Below are positions 12,400 to 25,099 of a stretch of 64,000 bases of DNA, piece after piece (the first letter of the stretch is position 1; each line of letters opens with the position of its first letter). The DNA is taken from assembly GCF_025526975.1 (NCBI RefSeq), contig NW_026515671.1, positions 1,240,001 to 1,304,000 of the forward strand, written 5' to 3'. Under the pieces are notes generated by a model, which worked only from the letters and a program-made list of their open reading frames with translations, was not told the DNA's origin and did no database searches. Source of the stretch: Fimicolochytrium jonesii (lineage: Eukaryota). The translations under genes were made by a program, and so were the position numbers.

Positions 12400-13787
12400 C
12401 TACTTTTTCTTCTCATCCTTCTTCTCGCCCTCTCCCTCCTTCTTGGCTCCACCCATAGCCGCCCTCAATCGTGGATCGTCCAAATTGACACCAGGCAGCG
12501 ATCCGAGAATGGAGTTCATGTCCACGTTGGCTCCGGTAGCTGCTGGCGGCGCGGCATCTACGTCCATTCCTGTCTGCTGCAAAGAGAGACATTGCGTAAG
12601 CTCAAGTATACATGGGTGACAAATTTTCCCAGACAAAGGATTTCTTACCTCCTGCTGACCAAGCGACATTGCCAATGCCTGTGCGAGCATGTCATCTTCC
12701 TCCCCTCCAGCGGCAACAGCTCCAGCTCCGGAGTAAGCCGCGTCCACTTGCATTGGCTCACTAGCACCTGCAGCTGGTGCGCCAGGGGTGGTCGTCTGTT
12801 GTCGTGCCTGCTCTTCCTCCATGGAAATCCGGAGGGCCTAAGGGTTGCTAGGAGTAAGACGGGGAAGTCGAGTCGGAAGCAAGGTGAAGTGGCAACATAC
12901 CATTGCCAATTCGGGATCCAAGTTGGGGTCAACTCCAAACTCAAAGGCACCGGCGTTCGAGAAACCGGGCGGCGCTCCGTCTTCTCCGGAGATAATGGGT
13001 GATGCCAACAAGATGTCACTGAGGATGTGTGGGCCAGGTGGAACGGACACTAGATGACTGAAACACCCCGCTGTCAGCTTGAAGCTCTTCCACGTTTGTC
13101 TCCAAGCCGTACCTGTTATCGTTGCTCTTCACAGCATCAACAAAGGCCTGTAGCTTCTGGGTGTTCTCAAGCTCCTCCCCGAAATTGACGATATCCACCG
13201 CAACATTGTTCTTCTTCAGCTTCTTCCCTAGACGCACAAGGGTCTTCTCATCCTCCTTCAATGGGCTCCCAACAAACACAATGATCCGCTGCCGCTGGTT
13301 CCTGTTCTGGCGATGTTTCAGGGCAAGCTGCGCTATTTGCACCCCGGTGCTTAGGTTGGCGTTGCCTTTGATGTCGATGTGATGGAGTGCCGTGAGGATT
13401 TTACCAATGTCGGGGGTGAGAGTCACCAATACGTCTGGGCTGCCGTGGGGAAGCGGTAGTCAGCCATCTGTCCACCAGGTATATCCCATCCTTGAGTCCG
13501 GCAATATACACCAACCTCTTCCCAGCCATAGTCATGAGGCCTACGGTGTTCTCAGGATTGGACTGCGTCTTCGCGTTGAACAACAGAGTAACAGAGTCCG
13601 CCTGGGCCTCCATCCTCGAGGGAGTGTAGTCGCCATTTCGCATCCATTCCGAGTTATCCAACCTGATCACCAGAGGAATCGTAAGCCATGCTGCCAAAGA
13701 TGTACGCTAATGCTCTCGGCTTTAGCGACGACGCGTCTAAAAGCTCTCTGGCGTAACGTACACGAGGATGGTTGCTTCCAGGACCAT
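12400..13787 (-). CDS. RPN10: 26S proteasome ubiquitin receptor Rpn10/PSMD4 (vWA + UIM)
   Basis: [67 protein letters not shown]-like [14 protein letters not shown]. Confidence 0.97.
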
Positions 13788-14205
13788 GATGCGACGGGCG
13801 GAAGAAAAGACTTAGGCCGACAGGTATTTATTTCTTCTTGGTTGTGAGGACTGCGGGGTTTGTTCTTTCTGAAGTGTAGTGAGTTTGTGGGAACGATGTT
13901 TGAAAATGGGGAGGTTCAAAACACCACGACAAGCGTGGTCATACCGTATTTCTGCTCCAGGCTTCCCACAGAAACGCGTTTTTCATGTCCTCCGAGTCGC
14001 TCACGGCCAAGTTGCCAACACAGAAAAACAGAAAAGACACACAACATTTGCTAAGATAAAGACCTCTGTGGATGTGCCTACTAGGCTGGCAGTATAACTG
14101 CCATGAAGATGTATATATAGAGTATTGTACAGATACAAGACGACGCCAGAGTACGCCGCTACACGCTCTAGTGCCGGGACGCATATAACGAGTTACCTAC
14201 GGCCC

Positions 14206-17200
14206 TTAGAACGCTACTCTATTCCTAACGTCTTCCAACTTTTTCGCGATCTCATGTACCTCCCTATCCAGCTCCTCTGCAATCTCCCGTTTCGCCGTGG
14301 CAGGCAGCAGGTTGAAGTGCTCGCAAAGATCTCCATCCACCACGTTCCTCACCGGAATGTAGAACGACCGATAGGCCAAGTGGTCGCGACCACATAGCGG
14401 CGGGGCCTTTGCCCGCATGTGCATTTCCAGAGTTTGGAAGAAGTCCACGTCTTCCTTCGATTGGAACGGGATGGCACAGCCGATAGTACCCATGAGGGTG
14501 ATGTAGACGATTATCTCACGTCCACCAGGGACGAGCACCGTTTTGCTTATCGCGGTTGGCGTTTCGCCGATAAAGAACTCGGCGGTGTGTTCCAGTTTGT
14601 GTGGCGCGCCTTGAAGGTACCCCTTCTCGTATACGAGCTTATTGCCCGTCGGGTCGTCATCGACCTCCTCCGATGTCTCTGCTGGTAACCGGGCCACAAA
14701 CAGGTTGCCAAACTTGTCACCTCCTGCGACCGTGTCATAGTCTAGCATCGTCGTTGTTGTGATCCAGCGCGGTGTGGTGTCGTCTGCGAAGATGACGATG
14801 CGGTTGTCAAAGTGACGGTATGACGCGTAGAGCACGGACTCTTGCACGTCGCCAACCACGATTCGGTCTCCTTGCGTATGTATCGTCAAGATGTTGTTTG
14901 GGAATTGCTGAGAAGCGAGGAGGGTTTAGGATGACTCAAATGACCAAACAGATGGTAAACAACCATGCCAGTAATACCTTGTTCTCACACTTGCGAAGCA
15001 GTTTCTTCTTTCCCAAATCGTACACCCTCAACGTTCTACCCATGCCGACCAAGAGACGACCTTGGAATGCACAAAGTGATTGTGGGATCTCGTCTATCGG
15101 TGTCTAGTTGAGGAAATAGGGGGTCAGACGTTGGTATGCCATAGTGCGTCAGCACCGTTTCAATATACCTTATGCAGTAACTCCAAGGAGGATCCATCTT
15201 GCGAGAATCGATATGTATGTAGTTGACCGCTTGTGCATGTTCTTGGTGACATGGTTACATTGCTTGCTGTGCCAACCACCAAAAGGGTTTCTCCATTTTG
15301 CCCATTGAAAATACATGTCGTTATGCTAAGAACCGTTGTCGAAATCAGCGAAAGCCGTCTTGCGCTCAGCAAAACAACACATCCACAAACCTGAAAGCTG
15401 CCTCGTTATCATCCAGTTCGATGAGGTGGGTCGTCTCGTTCTCACGAGGGTTCACAACGCGAATGCACGAAGTCCATTTCCCGGGCTCAGCTCTTGGTAA
15501 CCCGAATTGGTCCGGAGGAAGCTCCTCCAGAACCAGACCATCGCCTTCATCCATGCTGTTGGCCTACAAGAAAATGGGAAACAGAGTAAGTACTGGCACA
15601 AGCGTATGCGGACGCTATGCTACGACGCACCTTTTCCTCTAGCTTCTTCGTCTTCTCTGACGGACACCAGGTGTTGTGTTCTGACTCGATGATAGCGAAG
15701 TTATTTGAAGGCTGGTGCAAGACAAACCGACGCGGCGTGTACTTCAGCGGAAGAACACTATGGTTGAAGACATTTCCAAGCTTTTCCACTGTTATGATGT
15801 GCAGGTTGTTGGACTCGATCGCAACGATGCCTTCCGCACATTGTTCGGAGCAGAAGCTGGAGCCATATTCCAGCATCGGGAACGACAGAGGGATGAGCTT
15901 GGATCGGCCCTGGAACGTATACGAGAGCCATGGCCGGCTGGATAATGCTAGCACCGCCGGTGACCCCTGAATCGTAACGTTGAACAGCTTTACCGGCCGT
16001 GATCCGAGTAATCGCAGCCGAGTATCCGACAATGTTCCGGTGATACTGTCAAGTGTTGTCCGCACAAGAAGACCCGCTTGTAATCCAATGAGGAGGTAAA
16101 GGGTTCCGACCGGCGTCCCCGTATCCATCATTTGTACGATCGTCAACGACACGGGTGTATAGGTCACAGCTTGCACACCCATAGACTGGAGGCAGCTGTC
16201 CGGATCCAAGGAGATAACCCTGACCGTGTTGTCTTCACAACCGACCGCGAGGAAACTGGAACGCTGGCGTCCTTCTGGAATGGGCCCAATGCTTAGGGCC
16301 GTAATAGGCGCAGCGAACTCCTTCCGATCTTGATATTCGTTAAGCTGTCCACTTCGATCAAGCTCGAAGTAGACCAACTCTCCTCCCGACAAAGCGATCA
16401 CAACCTGGCGTTGATTGCACGCCGCTCTGACAATGGCCTTGTTCCCGGGAGTCTTCCATTCACTGACGCGACGGTCGGCTCGGATGTGTCGAATACCACG
16501 GGGGTACACCTGCACCAAAGCATCGTCACCCAGCTGAGCCACGGTAAGCGTCGGCGTGCTGTTGAGGAAGCCAGTGTCCGTCACTTCCTCGACGGTCTCC
16601 CCAATAGACAGAACCAAAGTAGCGTCCACGAACGATACAATGATGAAGGAATCGAATTGTTCCTGAGAGTTCGCTTTGACAGTCCACACTGCGTTCGGGT
16701 GACCTGGGAGCTCAGACACTGCCATCTCGGAGACTTCGAGACCATGCCGGAGTGTTCGGAAACTGGATCGCGCTCCGCGTCCACTCAAAGCATAGATCTG
16801 AGGACTGTCGTCTCCCGCCAGATTGAGCACCTTTGCGTCGATCAACGGCGAGATGGACTCCATCTCATCGATCATTGCCAAGTTCAACAGAGGTCGGGGA
16901 TTGAAATAAACGAGAACATCCTCCGCATCTTCTCCCTGTGGCAACTCTGCGCTTTGGTACTCCGTCTGTTCGTCGTCGTCACCAAGGTTCACGATTTGAT
17001 AGAGGTAGCTAGAGGAAACAGACGTGAGTTCAGATAACAAGAAAGTCGATCACGCACGCTTCCACTCACTGGTTCCCAAATTCGCTCGCCACAAAAAGAA
17101 ATCCAGACTTCAGCAAGCACATGCTGGTTGCAACAGGAATTGTGTCCAGATACTTGATCTTTAAGTTCTGGACGCCTCCGATTGCCCCATCAGCTCCCGC

Positions 17201-18315
17201 GCTATAATCCATTGTGATTTTGAAGATGTCACCATCTTCGGTCTGGGCCCATATGAAGAACCCTTTCTTCAGTTTGTGCATGACGCTGGAGACAATGATG
17301 ACTCCCCTGCCGGTGTCGAAATCCTCCCCGTTATTCGTTGGCATGGGATTTAATGGATCTGGTCGCCTTGGGATGGGGACTCGGACCGCGGGGTGGTCCT
17401 GATGCTTCCAGGTGATGTAATCTTCGGTACACACAAGGACTCCGCTAGGGCCGTCCACTCCACCAGGGACCGCGATGAGCTTATTCGATCTTGTGTCGAT
17501 TGGGTCGCTCCATTTCCTCACAACGTGATTCAGACCCAAATCCAGCTCATAATACGTTAGCACCTTCTCTGCGTTTTGGAATGCCTCTCCCAATGGGTCT
17601 TGATCTGCATCGGCGTAGTCCACCTCAATACACGCAAACACTGGGTTCTCGAATCCCACATCAACCCCCACGATGTCGTGCACTAGTGTATGCGATTTAT
17701 GCGCCTCGAGCGGTGAAGATATCGTGAGCTTTGTTGATGCATCACGATTCAGGATATAGACGAGCTTCTGCTTTTCGATCGCACCTGAAACCAATGCTCT
17801 GTGAGTTGCCGGGACAGGTCCCAATTAATCTGGGTCGCTCAGAACTCACCAATCATCACCGCACGCCCCTTCGGATCCGCGGCCAGGTATTGCCCCGGCA
17901 CTATCCGCCTGCAGCCACTTTTGCCGAAAGTCTCCTCATGAACTCGGTCGAACACATTCTTCTCGGGGTTGTACTCCAAAATCACAATCTTTCCCGAGTC
18001 TGACCCCACCACGATGTAATCTGAAAGGCAGTCCAGTCAGCGTCTGGGCGTTTCACGAATTAACATGTCTTTAAGTTCCACCGTCGCACCTTTGGATGCC
18101 CCTGTCAGCCTGAACGGTGCTATCGACCTGATAATGCCAAACACCTGGTGGGTGAGCAAGGAGTGAACCTTGCCCGTGTCGGAATCTGGCCGAAGCAGCT
18201 CCAACACGGAGTTCCTGGCAACCAAGATCTCCTGCTGTTTCGTACCGGAGAAGTTACCAAGCGTCGCTTGAGTGATAGCAGTGGGCTGCTGAAGGGTCAA
18301 GTTGTACAAGAACAT
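14206..18315 (-). CDS. RSE1: Splicing factor 3B subunit 3 / Rse1 (multi-exon)
   Basis: [10 protein letters not shown]-terminus; [45 protein letters not shown]-terminal [21 protein letters not shown]. Confidence 0.98.
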
Positions 18316-18525
18316 GATGTTCGTTCCAGTACGGTGATTTCTCGAATTGCTTTGATCCTGCCGTCTTCACTACTTTTCAGTCGTTGCTCACTTTTAACGT
18401 AGAGGATTTCACGCTTGGTAGGCGAACTTCGAATATACGAAACTCTACGATCTAAACTTCACCCACAACGCAAATCTCCCTCTGCAATCCTCACTGCTCA
18501 CGCCGAGGCAAGTAAGCGAGTTCTA

Positions 18526-18533
18526 GTCACGTG
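18526..18533. promoter_or_regulatory. GTCACGTG bHLH (Cbf1-type) E-box upstream of RSE1
   Basis: Exact RTCACGTG ~210 nt upstream of the RSE1 ATG. The same 8-mer lies at 24707-24714 upstream of the glycine-rich RNA-binding gene. A short motif, so it may be chance. Confidence 0.25.
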
Positions 18534-18858
18534 ATTTATTTTAAAACTTGTATTCTAAACCCTCTAAGGAGATCGCAAACCGGTGTCTATTCTTGCGAAC
18601 GCACAGCGATTCTCTGACTAGCTCAGATCGATTATCATATCTTGCTTCTCTCCCTCCTCTCTCTCTACTACGTAAGTAGGCTATGTGAAGCTAGAAGTAA
18701 AGTTAGAAATAAGCTGCCTGGTCCATCGTCTCAGCTACGTGGATCGGACCATTCAAAATCATCGCACTTCATACCTTCCTAGCGACGGGCCTCTGTAAGG
18801 TGAAGAGGTGGCGATTCGCTGTCGAGCGTTCGCAAAACTTCATTCTTGAGCGGCTCAT

Positions 18859-19440
18859 TTAGCGGACCAGGGTGGCGTCGATTTGCGTCAGTTGCGGAGA
18901 AGTGCCTCAATCTCCGACCGATATGTTGCACCCGCCGCGGTTTGCGGAGGGTTGCCTTCGAAATAGACTGTCCTTAGTCGCTTCTTTCCCTCCAGCTGAA
19001 ATTCTACTTCCAGAGGATGACAGTGCTTGCCTAGATACGGCGGAGTTTGCGTGTCAACAGGAAGGACGTCAGATCGCACCAGAGCAGATGGCCCACAGAG
19101 CTCCTGCAGATTCTCGAGGGCCTCCAATCCTTGCAAATGCTCTATCCTGTTGGCGCTCACGTCAAGAGTTTTGAGCCTTATCTTCACAAGCCTGTTGTCG
19201 TAGTAGTCAAGCTCCTGGAGTTGGGGCATGTCTGGCAAGGGTCCGATGGACGTCAGGTTTTGTGGAAGCCCGAGGCGCTGGGGGTATCAAAGGTAAGTGA
19301 GTTATGTCACGGCACGAGATTTACAAGGCATCAACGGGCTCATACGCCAGGCTGCGTGAGCTTTGAAAAGCTCGCTTGGACCCGGTTAGTAAGACGCTGG
19401 TGAACAGGGTCAAGTTCCTGAGGGACGGTGTCCCTATTCA
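18859..19440 (-). pseudogene. SDS22: SDS22/PPP1R7-like leucine-rich-repeat pseudogene, internally deleted and frameshifted
   Basis: LQELDYYDNRLVKI, LKTLDVSANRIEHLQGLEALENLQEL and LRTVYFEGNP..YR. The LRRcap end PQLTQIDATLVR* is reachable only through a frameshift near 18897, and most LRRs are missing. Confidence 0.7.
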
Positions 19441-20096
19441 GAGGCATCTTCTCACCATGTCGTGTTGTCTCCGCACTCTCATACCTCCACATTCGTTAGG
19501 GATAACATCCAGAAAGCCCTCTAAAGAGGAAGAGTCTGCTTACTCAGTAAGGATGATAGAAAATCGCTGCCGTTGTTTGAATTCACACCGGTTCTCTTTC
19601 ATAGAGCGGATCTCCCTGTAGCGTCATGAAGAGGAAGATCTTCATTTGAAGCAGTTGATACTGCTGGCTCGCCTTCTTTGCTCATTTTTCTCATGTCTTC
19701 TTATTCGTTCTCGTGAGTTCGAGGAGGACCTCGGGAGGATGTTCTGGTCATGTCTTTTATATATGCTTGCCCTTTTCGTTGGGCGCGTCCAGGGGCGAAA
19801 CGCGTCAAGCGTTCCCACGTTTCGGACATGCCGTCCATGGGAAATGTCCGACCCATCCACTGCACAGAGCCCATGCCCATTGCCCGTCCAGGGATCAAAG
19901 CCTCAGCGAATAGGAGACGCCGATCAACTACGATCAGGCTCCCAAGTGATGCACACGCCCAAGGAAAATGAAAGCCGCAAGAGACGTTTCTGGTGCTGTC
20001 AGAGACGCTGTCATGTCGGACGTACAGGGAGATCGAATGTTTGACATTGAACATAACAAATGATACAGATAAAGTTTGCGCAGAGAAAACCTCATG

Positions 20097-21962
20097 TCAA
20101 AGAGCTGGGGTGAACAGCTCTTCAAAGATACACCCGACGATCAATAGAACCGTCAGACTCAATAATGTCACAACAGCAGTAGCACCAATCAATCCCGGTA
20201 CGGCGAGCATCATCGTAAAGATGACTCTCAGCGCCAAACCTCTAACGCTCCAAGCCCCAATATAGCCACCACCACATCTGCTATTCAGAAACCCCATCAA
20301 CGCCATTACCCCAATCAACAAGGCCGCACAAACGCTCATCAGCTCGCTATTCGTCCACTTCCTGGTATCCGTCAACGTCGACGTCCCACCGCGCACGGGA
20401 TTTGGCAGGAAGAGCGCCGCAGCGTAAGGCATCTCTGTGTTGTACGTCTGTACGTAAAGTGCCGCCGCCGGACTGTTATTCTGCGCGACGTTCGCTGCGG
20501 TGAGGAAGGGTGCGTTGGACGGGGGAGTGTAGTCGTAGGCAGGGATCTCCCTGACGGTGTAGGAGATGCCTTCCATCGCGACTTGCAGGGCGAAGACGAA
20601 GAGGATTGCGAAGGCGTAGAGAGGGAAGCGAAGGGAGGCGCGGAGGAATTGGGCAATATGGTTGGGGGTGGTCGTTTTCGATGTGGTGGTAAGCGCTGAC
20701 GTATTGGTGGGCAGGCCGGGCGACACAGTGATGCGATTCGGTGGGTGGGATGCGGTCGTGTGATGCACTTGTAGCGTCGCTTGAGATCCCTTGTAGATCC
20801 TGTCGATGGCGTATAGGCAGACGACTCCACAGGCTGCGCAGAGAAACGACCGGACATAGAACGACACGGCCGTGTACGTGTCCGGGCTTCCCACTCCAGG
20901 CTTGGTGTCGAACAAACCTGTGACGCCCAGCGCCAGTATCAGCGACAGCAGTGCACCCGTCCGCTGTTCGAATTTCCCATCCTCCCCTTCAATCGCCCGA
21001 TTAGCTGCTGGATAGTCATCATACATTGTCTTCTTCACGGTCCAGGCCTCGCTCAACCCCAGCAGCAGCACGCATGCTAAATCAAGCCCTACCGCCGCCA
21101 CCCATACACTCTCCCTTACGTCCGCCTGCCCACTGTCGAAGCCGAGAAGAATGCCCCACAGCAGGCAAGGCAGCAGGATCGCCGTGGCTCGCACGCTGAT
21201 CAGCCACCATGCCCGTGTCCCCGACCTCGTCCGACACGCCTCCAATCCGACAACAACGTGCGCAAACCCACTCAACGCGCGTCCGATTAGAACTAGGCTC
21301 GCGAACGGTTTCCATGTCGCGTCGACGATGTTAAACACCATCGGCGCTACGAACGCCAGGCCGAACAGAAGTGCGACCCGCAGGCATGTGTACACTACAT
21401 GGAGCAGGTCGTGCTTAGCGAAGTTGCGGTCGTGCTCCAGGACCAGTTGTGTGTAAGTTGTATGGAAGGGGAGGTAAACCATGACGAACTGGAGGATCGC
21501 GTACTTGTCCAGCCCATTGGAAGCCACTATCAGCGGGATTCTGCTTAGACATATGGCATATACGGCGTCGATTATCAAGTCGGTGTTGAGCGACGGGGAT
21601 GGTGGGCCGACCAGACCTTCTGGGTTCACAAGCCTCGCTAGTGGCGTGCAAGGGTTCACTCCTGCGGGTGCGATTGCGGGCTTGCGGGAGCCCGAGGGGA
21701 AGCAGCCGCGGGAGGGCGGTATGGCGGGTTTCCAGTGCAGCAGTTCCTCGGTGGTGGTAGGTGCGTCATGTAGATTTGGGGGTGAAGCCAGGGCAGAACC
21801 CCCTTGGTGGTGAGCATGCTGCTGATAAGCTTGTTCGTTCGCATAGGATGGCGACGACGCCATCCGCTGGATCTCATGATCTGTGAGCTGAGCACTGCGG
21901 TCTATCCGGTCGGAGGAGGCATAGAGTGAGGGCCGAAGATGGCCGGCTTGTTCTTTCGGCAT
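20097..21962 (-). CDS. Multi-pass membrane protein, low-temperature-requirement protein A (LtrA)-like
   Basis: Single 621-aa ORF with ~11-12 hydrophobic segments. DLIIDAVYA...F..VYLP...DRNFAKHDLLH resembles the LtrA N-terminal pattern. Confidence 0.6.
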   Translation of the reverse strand: MPKEQAGHLRPSLYASSDRIDRSAQLTDHEIQRMASSPSYANEQAYQQHAHHQGGSALASPPNLHDAPTTTEELLHWKPAIPPSRGCFPSGSRKPAIAPAGVNPCTPLARLVNPEGLVGPPSPSLNTDLIIDAVYAICLSRIPLIVASNGLDKYAILQFVMVYLPFHTTYTQLVLEHDRNFAKHDLLHVVYTCLRVALLFGLAFVAPMVFNIVDATWKPFASLVLIGRALSGFAHVVVGLEACRTRSGTRAWWLISVRATAILLPCLLWGILLGFDSGQADVRESVWVAAVGLDLACVLLLGLSEAWTVKKTMYDDYPAANRAIEGEDGKFEQRTGALLSLILALGVTGLFDTKPGVGSPDTYTAVSFYVRSFLCAACGVVCLYAIDRIYKGSQATLQVHHTTASHPPNRITVSPGLPTNTSALTTTSKTTTPNHIAQFLRASLRFPLYAFAILFVFALQVAMEGISYTVREIPAYDYTPPSNAPFLTAANVAQNNSPAAALYVQTYNTEMPYAAALFLPNPVRGGTSTLTDTRKWTNSELMSVCAALLIGVMALMGFLNSRCGGGYIGAWSVRGLALRVIFTMMLAVPGLIGATAVVTLLSLTVLLIVGCIFEELFTPAL

Positions 21963-22469
21963 GGCGGTGGCAAGCGGCTGATTCCTCCAGATCTGTCGCC
22001 AACGCCGTTACAGCAACGATTGTAAACAGTAGTCCACCGCACAGAGTCCGTTGATCCTTAGATCACAGTGCATTTCTTTATGTCTGTCCACCTTTTATAG
22101 CGGGGTGAAACTCTAGGCAGATCAACAAGGATGTCGGATTTAAGCTTAAGCAGATCTCACTGGCCGGGCCAACTACACGACTCACTCTACTCTGGCTCGC
22201 GGCCCCGCCCCCCTATCAGAACAACGTAGACTGCCGCCACACTGAGCTGCTAGACACCCTGGCGGTTAGAGAGCTCCTATTGAAAGGCCGCATTCTGCGG
22301 TGCGAAAAGTGTTTCGGAGTTTCCCTTGACTGCGCTACTTGGCTATTCGACAGCGCGTCGCGCGCATTTGCCCGTCAACTCGTTCAGTACTCCAAAACCC
22401 AATCCATTTCCTCAACCGCTGCCACCTCAACACTATAGCGATTCTGCCTCATCCCACCCCACCGCTATA

Positions 22470-23019
22470 ATGAGCATCACAAACCAACCCGTAAGCGTGA
22501 CCTTCGACGAGTTCTCCAAACTGCGGGTCATGGACCCAACGCAGTTCGAGGCGTCGGAAAGGCTGAAGGATGAGTGTAGCGAGTTTACAGAGCGTGGGTG
22601 TTTGGGATTTAAGCATCAAAAGCATGAAGAGAGTTTGTTTGTTTTACGCTGGATGTTGAACTGAACGTGTTTTGGGATAGGGATGAATGGGTTCAACGAT
22701 ATCATCCAGATGTTCATGAAGATGATGGAAGAGAAGGCGCTACAGATTGAGGCTGAGAAACTCAAAGTACGAATCAAAGCCTCGATGTCCGTTTTCCCGT
22801 CACTTCCATGAAAATCTTAACATTTTTCTCCCACAGGCCATCGGACTCCGCAACCGCTCCGAACGCGAGCTCGACAACCGCCGCCGCAAGCAGAAGGAGA
22901 TGCAGATGTTGATCAAGGAGCGACAGGCTGAGCTGGATAGGTTGACGGCGCAGGCGGATTCCCTGAATAAAGTGCAGCAGCAGCAGTTGGCGTTGATCGA
23001 TAATATGAGCTCGAAGTAA
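22470..23019 (+). CDS. IFT20: Intraflagellar transport protein 20 (3 exons)
   Basis: VTFDEFSKLRVMDP...LKDECSEF; IEAEKLK|AIGLRN...LIKERQAELDRL...SLNKVQQQQ. Confidence 0.95.
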
Positions 23020-23248
23020 ATGGCGGCGAGGACGCTTTATGGTTGTGGGATGAGATCTTGACTATGGAACCGTTGTATATAGGCGTGAATGGGCGATGAA
23101 GGGACAAGAAGCAGCTTCACATTCCAAACTTTATTTCACCAAACTAAATACAAAAATGGGCGCTTTTCGATATTATGACTTGAGCGCTACGCAAGATTGG
23201 GTAGAACTGGATACAGACAGGGGTCAACACGTTTGCGAAAAAGGGTAA

Positions 23249-24563
23249 TTAGCGGTCGGCGCGGCTGCGGTCCGAGCGCTCGTAACGGTCGCCTCCCTTG
23301 TCTCCACGAGAGTCTCCACGGTCTTCGCGTCTCCTGTCGTCTTTCCTCTCGAAGTCACGACCTCCATCGCGGCGATCGTCGCGGTCGTAGCGGGATCCGT
23401 AACGATCACCTCCACCACGGCCTCCATCGCGGCCACCGTCGCGACCGCCATCCCGGCCACCATCGCGACCGCCATCCCGGCCACCGTAGCTGCGACCACC
23501 TCCGCCATAGGAGTCACCGCCACGGCCACCGCGGTAGCCACCACCACCGCCTCCTTCACCACGAGGAGGGCGGTCGTTGGCGAGGTCCACACGGATAGTA
23601 CTGTAAATATACATAGATTTAGGATTGGAATTTGAAAGCATATCGCAAACAACCAGTGTGAGAGTTAGGCTAATGACTTACCGGCCATCCAATTCCTGGT
23701 CCTTCATTCCGTTAACAGCCTCCTCAGCGCTCTTGGTCTCCGCAAAAGTAACGAATCCGAAACCGCGGGAGCGACCTTGATGATGAAAGCGTCATTATCG
23801 GAAGATTGATGGTCGATTGAGGGGAGTCGAATGGATGTAGACGAGTCGTCGATGAGATGATTTCCGCGGGAACATAGAGATAAATTGAACGGGAAGGGCG
23901 CCAGAAGGTCAACAACAGAACGGCGACATGCGGCGTATGTGCCAAAGACAGGCAATAGATCGAAACTGTGGCAATATCATGATTCATGTGGACCATTTTC
24001 GGCCTGCGTTGCGCGAGACCCGTCGAAACACAGACTGTCGGAGCCTTTGGCAAACGGTCGTAACATGTGTGTGGCACAATCCATCTCTTAGACATTGGAA
24101 ATCGTCCGCAAAGGGCACCGAAAACCCGCCGTATGGTCAACAGTCTCGACGCGAGATGAAACTCCTGTCCAGAAAGCTCAGTGCCCAAAGCATGGCACAG
24201 CGACAGGAGGAAACAGTATCGAGAACGGGAAAGGGACAGCAACAGTGGTGGGGGATGGGATAAGGGCCGCATCCGACTTTCGGAATCACGGTTGAAGATG
24301 GGCACCTGTCTCACGGTCCGAAATCACATAGCAGTCCTCGACGGCGCCGAACTTCTCAAATGCAGTGCGGAGCGAGTCGTTGTTGGTCTCCCACTAGAGG
24401 AAGGCGAGGAGGATCAGCGATCGAGTTTCAAGAAGTTCAGATCAAGGAGACCGCCGGCAGAAAGCTGTCCCTCCCCAGATCTGGCTCAGCAAGCAGTTGA
24501 GAAGCGCAACAAAAGAGGGAGACATACCGCCAAACCACCGACGAAAACTTTGTTGCTAGCCAT
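23249..24563 (-). CDS. Glycine-rich RNA-binding protein (RRM + RGG/RD tail)
   Basis: RNP2 KVFVGGLA, RNP1 GRSRGFGFVTF, ELDGR|TIRVDLA, then (GGRD)n repeats. Three introns, one of them 530 nt. Confidence 0.93.
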
Positions 24564-25099
24564 TCTATTCTGATAATATACGGGTACTGAGTAGGTGTGT
24601 TGTGTCGAGGGATAAAGTGAGGGTCTAGGGAAACGGGACTCGTCTCTCTTCTCCCTCTGGCAATCCCTCTTGCGCAAATCAGGCGATCCATCGGCGATCA
24701 ACTCGGCACGTGACTTATAAACGATTTTGACAGCCAGCACGCTGTCGCTTTTGCTCCGAACATGCCAAAAGTCGTCTCTCTCGAGAGAAGCGTCCCTCAG
24801 GTACGCTCAACCTCAACCTTGTTGTTGCTTCCCAATACGGTGGGGTGGGCACGCCACAGGCAATGCATTTCCCATCGCTTCTTCCTTCAAATTCACAAAA
24901 ATCCGAATGGACGTCGACGCTCGTAAACATATCACGCCCAACCGCCTAACTTCGTATCAAAATAGCAGCCCTTTCGCCTAGTGCTAGAATAGTGTTAGAG
25001 CGTAGATATAAACTTTTTGCGAGAGGATTCATTCCGAGCTAGCCAGGAAAGGTTCCCATCCTTCCCCTCACCCAACTCGCCTTCGGTCCGCGTTCAACG

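Noticed and set aside
19642..20054. Cluster of short overlapping ORFs between the SDS22 relic and the LtrA-like gene
   Set aside because: No domain, consistent splice model or coding-like composition.
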